From: Felis catus
Lineage: Eukaryota
Direction of reading: 5' to 3'
Assembly (NCBI RefSeq): GCF_018350175.1
Contig: NC_058368.1
Span: forward strand, 69,380,001 to 69,444,000
Length of the DNA: 64,000 bases
Shown here: positions 12,385 to 24,153 of the stretch, piece after piece
Position numbering within the stretch: the first letter of the stretch is position 1
Layout: each line of letters opens with the position of its first letter
Translations under genes and position numbers: made by a program
Notes under the pieces: model-generated
What the model was told of the DNA's origin: nothing
The model's database searches: none
What the model saw: the letters and a program-made list of their open reading frames with translations, nothing else

Positions 12385-12866
12385 AAGCACAACACGGTGT
12401 TATTCCCAACAGCCAAAGGGTGGAAACAACCAAAGTGTCTACTGATGGACAAACGGATAAACAAAATGTGGGATATACAGACAATGGAATATTATTCCGC
12501 CGTGCACAGGAGGAATATTCCGACACGTGCTACAACGCACATGAACCGTGAAGACTCTGTGTTCAGCGAAATAAGCCAGTCGCAAAAGGACAAATACCAT
12601 ATGATTCTGCTTATATGAGATACCATATAAGATACTCATAGAGGTAAAAAGTAGAGTGGCGGTTGCCAGCAGGGGAGAGAGGAATAGGGAATTGTTTGAT
12701 GGGGACAGAGTTTCAGTTTGGGAAGAAAGAAACAGCTCTGGAGACGGATAATGGTGACAACGGTTGCACAGCCATGTGAATGTACTACATGCCACTCACC
12801 TGTGCACTTCAAGATGGCCAACATGGCAGATTGTATGTTTTGTGTACCTTGCTACAAATTTTAAAA
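12385..12866 (+). mobile_element. L1MB 3' end
   Basis: 'tggaaacaaccaaagtgtc...acaatggaatattattc...gagtttcagtttgggaaga' L1MB 3' UTR. Confidence 0.9.
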
Positions 12867-12877
12867 GGGGGAGAAAA

Positions 12878-13068
12878 GGGGCACCTGGGTAGCTCAGTTG
12901 GTTGGGCATCCACCTTCGGCTCAGGTCACGATCTCGCGGTTCGTGAGTTCGAGCCCCGCGTCGGGCTCGCTGCCGTGGGCATGGAGCCTGCTTTGGATAC
13001 TCTGTCCCCACCTCTCTCTCTGCCCCTCCCCCATGGGCTCTACCTCAAAAATAAATCAACATTTAAAA
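12878..13068 (+). mobile_element. Can-SINE
   Basis: Head to A tail; TSD-like agggagaaaa. Confidence 0.95.
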
Positions 13069-13124
13069 ATACAAGGGAGAAAAAGGAATGCTGCTCATTC
13101 TTCTTTTAGCTTTCTTTTTCTCTC

Positions 13125-13965
13125 TCGGTTTTATTGACATATCACTGACACACAATGTGGTGCGAATTTAACATGCACAACGTGCCGGTCTGATAGACGG
13201 ATCTATTGCAGATTGATTGCCGCAGTAAGTTTAGTTAACGGCTCCACATCTATCACCTCGTGTCGTTACAATTTTTGTGTACGTGTGGTGAGAACATTTA
13301 AGATTTACTCTCTTGGCAACTTTCAAGTACACGAGAGAGTATTGTTAACTGCAGTCACCATGCAGTGCAGGAGATCCCTGGAACTTAATCGTCTTGTCAC
13401 TGGAAGTTTGTACTCTTTGACCAACATCTCTCCAGTTCCCCACCCACCAGGCCCTGGACACCGCCATTCTACTCTTGGTTTCTAGGAGTCAGGAGTTTTT
13501 TAGATTCCACATACAAGGAAGATCATACAGCACATGGCCCTCAAGAGCCGTTCATCCGTGTTGCCACAAATAGCAAAGTTTCCTTCTTTTTTATGGCCAA
13601 GTGATGGCCCATCGTGTGTATCTGTGAATACCACATTCGCTTCAGCCATTTATCTACAGACGGCCGGGTCAGGTTGTTTCTGGGTCTTGACGATCGTGAA
13701 TAAGGCCTCAATGAACATGCGGGGGGAGGGGCAGGGTGCAGCTCTCTCTTCAAGATGGGCATTTCATTTCCTTCAGCCGTGTACCCAGAAATGGCCTTGC
13801 TGGCCCACGGGCTAGCTCTATTTCTCATTTTTTGAGGCACCTCCATGCTGTTTTACACAGCGGCTGCACCAATTTCCAGTCTCCCCAACAGTGCACGAGG
13901 CTCCCTTTCCTCCACGCCCCGCCAACACCGTTGTCTCTCGGATACTAGCCGTTCTGACAGGTGTG
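13125..13965 (-). mobile_element. L1MA9-like 3' end
   Basis: 'gtggtgagaacatttaagatttactctcttggcaactttcaag...ggctgcaccaattt' antisense L1. Confidence 0.9.
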
Positions 13966-14017
13966 ATGCATTGCCCACCCTTACGTGGCTTCTAGAGGCC
14001 TTACTCATTTGTCCCCG

Positions 14018-14031
14018 AATTGCTGAGTCAT
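14018..14031 (-). promoter_or_regulatory. Antioxidant response element (NRF2/sMAF, BACH1) motif ATGACTCAGCAATT
   Basis: + strand aattgctgagtcat is an exact RTGACTCAGCA match with AT-rich flank; function unproven. Confidence 0.45.
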
Positions 14032-14109
14032 AAGGTAGGGCGAGTTTAATGTTAGTGGCCACTTGGGCCTGGTTTTAAGTTTTGAAGGGCCAGTCACATC
14101 CCTGTGGGG

Positions 14110-14345
14110 TGGTCGTCTTCGTCTCTGCTGCCGTGTAAAAGATGAGCACAAACTCAGAGGCTGAAAACAGGACCCATCTGTTATCTCTTAGCTTCTTGGA
14201 GTCAGGAGTCGGGCACAGCATTGGTAGGTCCTCCGCTCAGGGTCTCCTGAGGCCGCAGTCATGGGGTCTCATGGAATCGCAGGGTCCTCTTCGGAGCTCA
14301 CGTGGTTGGTGGCAGAAAGCCATTCCTTGCCGTGTGGGTCATTCC
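14110..14345 (-). mobile_element. MaLR LTR fragment (MLT1E/F-like)
   Basis: 'gtcaggagtcgggcacagc...tcctccgctcagggtctc...ctcacgtggttggtggcagaa'. Confidence 0.65.
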
Positions 14346-14390
14346 TGCCTCCCACGGTGACTCTGCAAACTGAGATTTCTATCTCCTTCC

Positions 14391-14540
14391 AGGGACACCT
14401 GGGGAGCTGGCATCACAGCCCTCAACACCTCTCATGTTTTCTGACGTGTCTTGGGATTCTTTCTCCCTGTCTCTCTGCCCCTCCCCATCATGCATGCTTA
14501 CTCTCTCTCTCTCTCTCAAAATAAATACACACTTTTTAAA
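14391..14540 (+). mobile_element. partial Can-SINE
   Basis: cttgggattc...(CT)n...aaaataaat. Confidence 0.8.
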
Positions 14541-14717
14541 AGGTCTTAGCTCCTTAATATGGAATAGACTCAGATTTTCCCCCTTAGTAATCAAAGACCT
14601 GATAAAGACAAAACGTAGAATCTTCTTCTAGGTAGATTATGTGAAAGATAAAGAAAAACATGTGTTTACAATTCCTTGCAAATAGTGGACCAATACTCTA
14701 AGAAACCATTTTCTTTT

Positions 14718-14810
14718 GGGTAGGGGGAGGCAGGAGGGGCAGAGGGAGAGAGAGAATCTTAAGCAGGCTCCACACCCAATGCTTAACCCACTGAGCCACT
14801 CAGACGCCCC
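14718..14810 (-). mobile_element. internally deleted Can-SINE
   Basis: TSD-like agaaaccattttctttt / agaaaacgttttctttt. Confidence 0.8.
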
Positions 14811-14892
14811 AGAAAACGTTTTCTTTTTAACAGAGAGAAAACCAAATCCTAATTTTGCCTCAGTTTACTTCTGATATTAAAATTCATTAAAT

Positions 14893-15116
14893 AGGGGCAC
14901 CTGGGTGACTCAGTCAGTTAAGCATCTGACTTCGGTTCAGGTCATGATCTCCCAGTTTCAGAGTTCTAGCCCCACATCGGGCTCTGTGCTGACAGCTCAG
15001 AGCCTGGAGCCTGCTTCAGATTCTGTGTCTCCCTCTGTCTCTGCCCCTCCCCTGCTCACACTCTGTTTCTCTCTGTCTCTCAAAAAATGAATAAATGTTT
15101 AAAAAATTTAAAAAAA
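14893..15116 (+). mobile_element. SINEC_Fc
   Basis: Full length; TSD tcattaaata. Confidence 0.95.
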
Positions 15117-16314
15117 CCTCATTAAATATATTTATTTTAATCTAAACCAGCTTGACTGCACATTTTAAGACGGGTTTTCCACAAATCTTTTTAACCTTTT
15201 CCCCCAGATTTTGTCCTAAGTTTTTCCTCTTTAAATAACCAGCCTCAATTTAAGACAAAATTACTTTTTTATCCTCAGTGAAAAAGTGCATTTTCATTCC
15301 TCATTTTACCCAAAAGCACACATCCTACTTTTCTCTTTTTCCCCCCAAGTTTTTATTAAATTCCAGCTGGTTAACATACCGTGCAATATTAGTTTCACGT
15401 GTAGAATTTAAAGATTCATCACTTACACACAGCTTGGTGTTCATCACAAGTGCCCTCCTTAGTACCCATCACCTGTTTAGCTCTTCCCTCCTGAACTATT
15501 TAGACTTCTAGGAAAGTTGGAAAAATAGCTTACTGTTCCTGTAAACCTCTCACCCAACTTTCCCCACCAGAAACCCCATGTAATCCTTATAGAGCCATAG
15601 TGCAATGATCAAAAGCAGGCAATTTACGTTGGAATAATTAGTACCTGGACTGTGGACCTCATTCAAATGTTACCAGTTTTTCCACGAACATTCTTTTTCT
15701 GCGCCAGCGTCCTATGCAGGACTCCACATGGCATTTAGGGGTTGTCTCCTCTTAGTCCCCTTTGGGCCGTAAGAGTTTTTCAGTTTGCTCCTGCCGTGAC
15801 CTTGACACGTTTGAAGAGTTCTGACCAATTATTCTATAGAATAACTCTTAATTTGGGCACGTCTAATGTTTTCTCAGGACTACAACGATGTTACGGGCTT
15901 TTAGCGAGAAACCCACAGAAACGCACTGTGTCCCCAGCACGGCAGACACAAAGGTACGTGATGTCAAAATGCCTTCTTATTGGTGATGTTAACCTTTGAT
16001 CATTTGGTTCCGGTGGTGTCCACCAGCTTTCTCTACTGTAAAGTTACTACCTTTTTCCCAGGGAGATTCTTTCAGACTATACCAATATCCTGTTTCCCTT
16101 CAAACTTTCACCCACCAATTTTAGCGTTCATTTGTTTGATGGCTCTTGTCTGTAACGACTATGTGTTAGCCAAGTGGCGATTTTCTATTTCCCTCTGTCT
16201 TCTACAGTTGGAATTCTTCTGTAAGGAAGAGCAGTCCCTTCTCTCCATGTGTTTGATTTCTATCAATATGGAAGAGTGGATATTATTTTATTCTATGAGC
16301 TAAAATCCAGTTTC

Positions 16315-16361
16315 CTTTTTTCCTTCCTTCCGTCCTTCCTTCCTTCCATCCTTCCTTGGTT

Positions 16362-16404
<43 letters not shown>

Positions 16405-16420
16405 ACCTCTTTCCCTCCCT
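16315..16420. repeat. (TTCC)n/(TTTC)n polypyrimidine microsatellite
   Basis: Directly visible. Confidence 0.95.
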
Positions 16421-16743
16421 TCCTCTGTTAAATTGTTGCAGCTTTGACTACCAGGATCCCCTTTGGATTGAGTCCTATGATCTTTCCTCAAGGCCCCATT
16501 CTTTTGTGAGCACTTCCTTATTTCAGGCACTATAAGATGTTCCAACATCATCTTGTGTTTTCCCTGCTCAGTCCTGGAACTAACCACTTCTCCAAGGATC
16601 ACTGGTTCCTTTTATTGGAGAATGGCATTTAGAAACCAAGATTGGGGTGCTAGATGTTCTCATTGTCGCAGAAGTGTCATTGCTTTTCAGCCCTCTGAAT
16701 AGTCAGAGCCAGGAAGTGTAAGTATGTACATTTGTGTGTATAC

Positions 16744-16861
16744 AGCTTCCTCACTGTCAGCGCAGAGCCCAGTGTGGGACTCCATCCCACAAACTGCGAG
16801 ATCATGACCTGAGCTGAAATCAAGAGCCAGAGGCTTAGCCGACTGAGCCACCTAGGCGCCC
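16744..16861 (-). mobile_element. Can-SINE 5' half
   Basis: ctgtcagcgcagagccc...gactgagccacctaggcgccc. Confidence 0.9.
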
Positions 16862-17009
16862 TGACATGTGTATTTCTATATCTATCTTTCTGTGTATATA
16901 TTTAAAACTATGAATTTATACTGATATCTCTGATTCAAATCCACTGCTATGGGGTACATTCTAGCCTTTATTTGGAACTTCTTTTTCCTATGGTGACAAA
17001 CCTGGCTTT

Positions 17010-17256
17010 CTTTCTTTTTTATTTTTTTAATTTTTTTTCATGTTTTATTTATTTTTGAGAGAGAGACACACAGTGAGAGTTGGGGAGGGGAAGAGAGAGG
17101 GAGACACAGAAGAATCCCAAGCAGGCTCCAGGCTCCGAGCTGTCAGCACAGAGCCCCATGCGGGGCTCAAACTCATGAACCACGAGATCGTGACCCGAGC
17201 AGAAGTCGGATGCTTAACTGGGTGCCACCAGTTAGTCAGAGCCACCCAGGTGCCCC
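17010..17256 (-). mobile_element. SINEC_Fc with internal micro-insertion
   Basis: TSD aaacctggctttc; extra bases at 17215-17238. Confidence 0.95.
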
Positions 17257-17307
17257 AAAACCTGGCTTTCATTATCTATAGTGCCCTTACTTATTTCTTC
17301 CATTCTT

Positions 17308-17523
17308 TTTTTTTTTTTTTTTAACGTTTATTTATTTTTGAGACAGAGAGAGACAGAGTATGAATGGGGGAGGGTCAGAGAGAGGGAGACACACAATCTG
17401 AAACAGGCTCCAGGCTCTGAGCCGTCAGCACAGAGCCCGACGCGGGGCTTGAACTCACGGACCGCGAGATCGTGACCTGAGCTGAAGTCGGACGCTTAAC
17501 CGACTGAGCCACCCAGGCGCCCC
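17308..17523 (-). mobile_element. young SINEC_Fc
   Basis: CpG-rich; perfect 16-bp TSD tatttcttccattctt. Confidence 0.97.
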
Positions 17524-18472
17524 TATTTCTTCCATTCTTATACACCCAGAGTGATTTCAGAATTGTTACCTCATACACCTGTGAGTAACACATTTACTAA
17601 CAATAGCATTTATGTACCGTTCTGTTGGTATCCAGTAAGGATATGGGTTACCAAAACTACCCAGGTTAGGCGTTTTCTTGCCTAGCCCCCTTTGTGCTGT
17701 TAGTGATTCATTTGTGACACAGTTAAGGTTGATTCGTTGGTGTTTGTGTTTCATTTTAGGTATTTGAAGGGTGTATAAAACACTGCTGTCGTTCTAAGGG
17801 TCACAGCCATACAAAAGGTATACTCAGAGAAATGTCACTCCCTCCTTATCCCTAATACTCCGATTTCACACCCCTTTGTCTCACTTCTCCCCCACTCTCT
17901 CCCATAGGTGATTGGTGTCTTTAGCTCCTGATTTACCCCTCCTCTATTTTTTTGGACAAATGAGCAGATACATGTGTATTTTTTAATAATCCCTTCTTCC
18001 TTACATGAAATTTAACATACTGCAGGTAAGTTTTACTCTCTGCAGGAAGGGTACTCTTTTCCTGGGAGTCCCCTGCCTATCATGTCACAGAGATCTTCCT
18101 CATTCTTTCTTATGTCTGTAGAGCACTCCACTATGTGGACGTAGCATGGTTTATTCAGCCAATCTCCTGCATAAAGGCACTTAAGTTGTGTCTGGTGGTT
18201 CACAATTAGGAACAATGCTGCAATGAATAATATTGCGCATGTATATTTTCATGTTGTTGGAGGCATATCCATAGCATAGAGTCCTAGAAGTTGAATTGCT
18301 GAATTGCCAGCTCCAGAAGTAGAAGTGATGTATAATACTGTTAGACACTGCTCAGTTTTCCTCCTGAAGGGTTATGCCAGGGTGCATGCCTACCACCAGC
18401 GTCTGAGAGTTTCTGTGTCCCCACAACCTCGACAACAGAATATGTTGTCACGTGTAAAAATTTGTGCCATCA

Positions 18473-18662
18473 GGGGCGCCTGGGTGGCTCAGTTGGCTAA
18501 GCGTCCAACTTCGGCTCAGGTCATGATTTCACCATCCATGAGTTCGAGCCACACGTCGGGCCCTAGGCTGACAGCTCGGAGCCTGGAGCCTGCTTCCAAT
18601 TCTACGTCTCCCGCTCTCTCTGCCCCTCGTCTGCTTGTACTCTCTCTGTCTCCTTCAAAAAT
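18473..18662 (+). mobile_element. SINEC_Fc
   Basis: ggggcgcctgggtggctcag... Confidence 0.95.
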
Positions 18663-19263
18663 GGATGGTATTGGTTTTTATTTTTACCTCCAGAGTCCTG
18701 ATGCATTTGGGATTTGCTTTGTGTGTGGAGTGGAATATAAATCTAATTTTATCTTTTCCCAAATGGCTGTGCCATGCTCCCAACACCATTTATTAAAGTT
18801 CGTTTTGACCCAATGATCTGAGATGCCACATTTGTCATATATTAAATTTCCCTGTATATTTGAATCTAATCTGGACATCCCATTCTATTTCCATTGTCCA
18901 TTTTTCCATTCACATACCGGCACCACACTGCTAATCATAAAGGCTTTATCCTACATTTTAATGTCTGCCAGGGCTAATTTGCCCTCACAGTTTTTATCTT
19001 TCACTGTTTTCCTGGCTTATTCTTGCATGTTTTGTTTTTTTCCCATAGGAACTCTAGAGTCACGTATCTAACTCTATAAAATAGCTTGTTGGTATTCTTA
19101 CTGGGTCAGGTTGCATTGAATTCATAAGTTAACTTAGGAGAACAGACAGCTTTGAAACGTTGAGTCATCTTGTCCAAGAATAGGGGACATTTTCCTTTTT
19201 GCTGAAGCCTATTTTTGTGTCTTTCAGGAGCATTCTAAAACTTTTTTCATGCAATCTTTGCAC

Positions 19264-19684
19264 GTGCCTGCTCTGATCACATCCTATTCACCCCACTGGT
19301 GAAGGAAGGATTCTGCGCCCTAGTGTATGATCACCGCTCACGCAACACCAGCACCGGACAGATAAGACGGACAGTGGTTTGTTAGTCACCTGCATTCCTA
19401 GTCCGGAGAGGAGGACATCCAGGCCATGCAGGGCCACACAGGGGCCACACTTGGGAGCAGAGTGACCCAGTCCGTGTGGTGGGAGGCAGGCTCTGCGGTG
19501 ACAGGAGGTGATGATGGTTCCCACAAGAGGATATGACTGGCTTGACTGAACAAACACTCCATTGGGTGGGGCCGGGGGGGGGTGGGTAGGGCATATCCGG
19601 CAAGAACCGAACTTACCACTAAGGCTCTGGGGTCCCATGAGGCTCAAAGACATCAAGGCAGCACATAGAATTTCAGGCTTTACG
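19264..19684 (-). mobile_element. ERVL solo LTR (MER54/MER73/MER88-like) inside L1
   Basis: 'ccatgcagggccacacaggggccacac' motif shared with MER76-type LTRs; L1 resumes after it; tgcac/tgcaa TSD-like. Confidence 0.55.
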
Positions 19685-20191
19685 ATGCAATATCTTGTTA
19701 AATTTATTCCTGACTGGTTTCTCTTATTTGTTGCTACTGTAAATGGGGTCTTCTCTACCGTTACATTCTATAACGAAACAATATTTTTTAAAAACTGCCG
19801 CAAGCAGCAGAGTAAGGCAGCTGCTGTTCAGAGATATGCGGACAGGAAAAACCTCAATTTTACAAGTGAAAAATCAGGGAAGACATTTACGGAGCAATTT
19901 CGGACGAAGCATTATAATCCCAGGTCGGTTACCTCGTCCATTTGTTCTGCTTTGACAGTAGAAGAGCAACATTTGTAAATCCTCAGGAACGGAAGGGGCT
20001 ACAGTTAAAAATCATTCATTTCGAGGATCATTAAAAATGGACAATTTAATTTGCATTTCAAAGGTAGACTCAGAGAAAAGATTAATTTGTCAGTATGACT
20101 AATGGGGAACGTTTGATGGTGTAAATTATTATCTTTGGTCTTAAGGGAAATACAGTATATAATAACAAGGTATTTAAAAAGGAACTAAAAA

Positions 20192-21045
20192 GGGGGCACC
20201 TGGGTGGCTCAGTGGGTTTAGTGTCTCTTTTTTTTTTAATTTTATTTTTTATTTTTTTAAATTCACATCCAAGTTAGCATATAGCACAACAATGATTTCA
20301 GGAGTAGATTCCTTAATGCCCCTTACTCATTTAGCCCATACCCCCTCCCTCACCCCCTCCAGCAAACTTCTGTTCTCTACATTTAAGAGTCTCTTCTGTT
20401 TTGTCCCCCCCCCTTTTTATTTTTGTTTCCCTTCCCTTATGTTCATCTGTTTTGTGTCTTAAAGTCCTCATATGAGTGAAGTCATATGATTTTTGTCTTT
20501 CTCTGATTAATTTCACTTAGCATAATACCCTCCAGTTCCATCCACGTAGTTGCAAAAAGATTTCATTCTTTTTGATTGCCAAATAATACTCCATTGTATA
20601 GATATACCACATCTTCTTTCTCTATTCATCCATCAATGGACATTTGGGCTCTTTCCATGCTTTGGCTATTGTAGATAGTGCTGCTATAAACATGGGGGTG
20701 CATGTGTGCCTTTGAAACAGCACACCTGTATCCCGTGGGTAAATGCCTAGTAGTGCAATTGCTGGGTTGTAGGTAGTTCTGTTTTTAGTTTTTTGAGGAG
20801 GCTCCAGACTGTTTTCCAGAATGGCTGCACCAGCTTGCATTCCCAGTGTCCGACTCTTGATCTTGGCTCAGGTCATGATCTCACGGTTTGTGAGTTCAAG
20901 CCCCACATCGGGCTCCAAGCTGATGGTGCAGGGGCTGCTTGAGATTCTCTCTTTCCTTCTCTCTGCCCCTCCCCTGCTTGTGCAGGTGCGTGCTCTCTCT
21001 CTCTCTCCCCGAAAAGAAATAAATAAACTTTTCAAAAAAAATAAG
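20192..21045 (+). mobile_element. Can-SINE split by an L1 insertion
   Basis: Head 20192-20225, remainder 20845-21045; outer TSD aggaactaaaaa. Confidence 0.9.
20226..20844 (-). mobile_element. carnivore L1 3' end (5'-truncated)
   Basis: Poly-T, L1 3' UTR, ORF2 C-terminus (ORF 20622-20840 YNPAIALLGIYP); TSD agtgtc. Confidence 0.93.
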
Positions 21046-21094
21046 GAGGAACTAAAAAGATTTCAAAGCAACAATATTAATGAGTTGACATTAT

Positions 21095-21216
21095 TTTATT
21101 GTTTTATTTTATTTTTTTTTATTTTAAAGTAATCTCTATGCTCAACGTGGGGCTCGAACTCATGACCCTGAGATCAAGAGTCACATGTTCTACTGACTGA
21201 GCCAGCCAGGAGCCCC
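21095..21216 (-). mobile_element. short Can-SINE (old type)
   Basis: aagtaatctctatgctcaacgtggggctcg. Confidence 0.9.
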
Positions 21217-21259
21217 CAAACCATTTTAAAATCCATAAATAGCAAGATTAATGTCTCAT

Positions 21260-21450
21260 TCATTTATTTATTCAACAACCATTTATTGAGTGCCTACTAT
21301 GGGCCATGATCCATTGGCATTCAGAGGTCAAGTTTACCATCCTGGCCCTCAGGTTGCTCATAGGCTTACAGGGAAGATGGACAAACAAGGTTGTATCACA
21401 TGTCATGAGGCTCTAGTCAAGCAATGTAGGGAGGCAAGGAAGGAGCATCT
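21260..21450 (-). mobile_element. L2 3' end relic
   Basis: cattcatttatttattcaacaaccatttattgagtgcctactatg. Confidence 0.75.
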
Positions 21451-21476
21451 ACTCAGGATTAAGAATGACAAGGCTG

Positions 21477-21705
21477 AGGTGCCTGGACAGCTCTGTCAGT
21501 GGAGCATCCAACTTGGGTTCAGGTCATGACCTCACGGTTCATTTTGTGAGTTCGAGCCCCGCACGCACCGGGCTGGCCGCTATCAGCACAGAGCCCATGC
21601 TTCAGAGCCTCTGTGCCCCTCTCCCCCACCTCTCTCTCTGCCAACTTCCCTGCTCACACTTTCTCTCTCAAAAATAAATACACATTAAAAAAAGAAAGAA
21701 AGAAA
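21477..21705 (+). mobile_element. Can-SINE
   Basis: Diverged body plus tail. Confidence 0.85.
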
Positions 21706-21739
21706 CCAACCCAAGGATTTGATGGATTTTGGATTATGT

Positions 21740-22240
21740 CCAAAGATGCATTTAAAGGAAAGAGAAAAGGCAAAACTAAAAATAATGCCTGTGCAAATGT
21801 AAGAGAGGCAGGAGTTTTAATCGTGATCTCTGACAAAACAGACTTTAAACAAAAGCCCCGAGGAAACATCCACGCTGGCACATTAGAATGATAAAGGGCA
21901 CAGTGAGTAATGAAAACACAGCAATATTCATTAGGTGCTACACATTTCGTAACAACAAAATATATAAATGAAAAGGTGACAGTTATCCAAGAAGAAATAC
22001 ATAAAACTTCCTCAGTTTTATTCCTCAGTTTTATTCCTCAGTACCCTGTGTTCAGAATATGGCAGATCAAATAAACAAAAAGACAATTAAAAAAAAAAAA
22101 TCACAGAGCTGAACATCACCACCAGTAAGGTAGAATTAACAAAAAGTTTCAGAAAACAAGATGCGAAATTAGAGAATCTACCTTTTAAAAATGTATATGA
22201 ATCTGTCTCACACTCCAAATAATTGTATATTGGGTTAAGA
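21740..22240 (+). mobile_element. ancient L1 ORF2 endonuclease-region relic (related pieces near 19790-20150 and 23690-23860)
   Basis: Translation AGVLIVISDKTDFK resembles the L1 EN motif AGVAILISDKIDFK. Confidence 0.7.
22008..22041. repeat. 13-bp tandem repeat ttcctcagtttta x2.7
   Basis: Directly visible. Confidence 0.9.
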
Positions 22241-22254
22241 AGTTTGGAGTCCAT

Positions 22255-22485
22255 GGGGTGCCTGAGGGGCTGTCAGTTGAGTGTCCGACTTGGGTTCAGG
22301 TCATGATCTCACAGTTCATGGGTTCGAGCCCCGCGTCGGGCTCTGGGCTGACAGCTCAGAGCCCCGAGCCTGCTTCGGATTCTGTGTCTCCCTCTCTCTC
22401 TGCCCCTCCCCTGCTCGCACTCTGTCTCTCTCTCTCAAAAATAAATAAAACATTAAAACAAATTTTTTTAATTAAAAAAAAAAAG
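22255..22485 (+). mobile_element. SINEC_Fc
   Basis: TSD aagaagtttgg(a/g)gtccat. Confidence 0.95.
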
Positions 22486-23142
22486 AAGTTTGGGGTCCAT
22501 AGAATCAACAGGCCCTATGTTGACCAAATTAGAAATATAATAGCAAGCATGTAAACAGTGTTGGTTCTGTGACATGCTCTGTTCTGTGTGTGTTTACAAA
22601 TGCTAATTCGTTTCATTTGCACCATAAACTCTCTGAAGCAGGTAGTACTAGGATCTCCAATCTATAGATGAGAAAACTAAAGCAGAGAGAAGTTATGGGC
22701 CAAATTCCTCCCTCGGAAGTAACTGGACAGTACACGGTCCACTGTGTACCGGGAGGGGTAGCTGCTCAGGTCATGGTTCTCCATTCTGGGAGCCCGAGGG
22801 ACCCTCAGATGGTGAGTCCTCAGCGGTGGTGTCTGTGTTGTATCTTCCCCCTGGACCCAGAACTGGACGCCTGGCCCAAGCCAGATCAATAGATTTTCTC
22901 TCCCAGGAACTGAAACCTGATGCAGAGAGATCCGGGGGCTTGACATGATTTCCTAGCTGGGTCCCAGTGGGGCAAGGGAGCCCTGGAGGATACAGCCTGG
23001 GCTGGGCTTCCGGCACCTGTATCCCAGGGCTGGCTCTTCTCGTCCTTTGCTGCTAGAGCTGCCCAGGCTCCTTCCAATACTTCACACGTTTGCCTAAATT
23101 ACTCAGTACCCGGAGGAGCCTTAACTGATATCCCCACAGAAT

Positions 23143-23675
23143 TTAATTTTTTTTAATGTTTATTTATTTTTGAGAGAGAGAGAGAGAGAGAGAGAGCGCG
23201 GGGGAGGGGCAGAGAGAGGGGGAGACACACAATCCAAAGCAGGCTCCAGGCTCTGAGCTGTCAGCACAGAGCCCAAGGTGGGGCTCGAACCCATAAACTG
23301 CCAGATCATGACCTGAGCTGAAGTTGGGTGCTTAACCACTTATCCAGCTGAGCCACCCAAGTGCCCCTCCCCACAGAATTTAAAACACTCCCCATGATAG
23401 CAATAGAGTTACAGAGAGAGTCCACAAAAACTACTAACATCCTATTTTAAAAACAAACTCTAGGGGCACCTGGGTGGCTCAGTTGGTTAAGCGTCCGACT
23501 TCGGCTCAGGTCATGATCTTGCGGTCCGTGAGTTTGAGCCCCTCGTCGGGCTCTGTGCTGACAGCTCAGAGCCTGGAACCTGTTTCAGATTCTGTGTCTC
23601 CCTCTCTCTCTGACCCTCCCCCGTTCATGCTCTCTCTCTGTCTCAAAAATAAATAAACATTAAAAAAAATAAAAA
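23143..23675. mobile_element. head-to-head SINEC_Fc pair (23143-23367 -, 23463-23675 +)
   Basis: TSDs tccccacagaatttaa and aaaaacaaactcta. Confidence 0.95.
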
Positions 23676-23869
23676 CAAACTCTACCCACCAAAATTCATC
23701 AGTGCAAAGTGTTATTTAGAAGAAAATATATTTCTCTAAATAAATATGTTAAGAAGGCAAAAGGAAGTTATACAAAATATAAAGGATTTAGAAAAGGAAC
23801 AAAACAATTAAGCATTGTTCAATGGAACAACATTTAACAAACCAGACACTTAAACAAGTAGAAAACTTA

Positions 23870-24110
23870 GGGGGTGTCTGGGTGGCTCAATTAGTTAAGC
23901 GTCTGACTCTTGATTTAAGCTCAGGTCATGATCTCCTGGTTTGTTAATTCCAGCCCTCATGGGCTTCTGTGCTGACAGCTCAGAGCCTGCTTGGGATTCT
24001 GTCTCTCTTCTTTCTCTCTCTGCCCCTCCCTTGCTTGCTCACACTCTCACTCTCCAGCTCACTTCTCTCTCTCTCTCTTTCTCTCTCTCTCAAAATAAAT
24101 AAATAAATTT
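23870..24110 (+). mobile_element. Can-SINE (Fc2-like)
   Basis: Head, body, long CT tract. Confidence 0.93.
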
Positions 24111-24153
24111 AGAAGAAGAAGAAATAAGAAAGTGAGAAAGCTATTAATTCCAC

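Larger units (their letters stand above)
15345..17000 (-). mobile_element. L1 3' fragments (carnivore L1 end at 15345-15480, then L1MC/MD 3' region)
   Basis: 'ggtgatgttaacctttgatcatttgg...ctggttccttttattggagaatggcatttagaaaccaag'. Confidence 0.75.
17900..19770 (-). mobile_element. old L1M (3' end to ORF2), interrupted by a SINE and an LTR
   Basis: ORF 18684-18878 (GNLIYDK...NFNKWCWEHG...KIKLDLYSTPHTK) is L1 ORF2-like. Confidence 0.8.

Noticed and set aside
18304..18816. Longest ORF (170 aa)
   Set aside because: Chimera of antisense L1 and SINE sequence.
22008..22041. Short direct repeats considered as a CRISPR-like array
   Set aside because: No spacers; simple tandem duplication in a mammalian genome.
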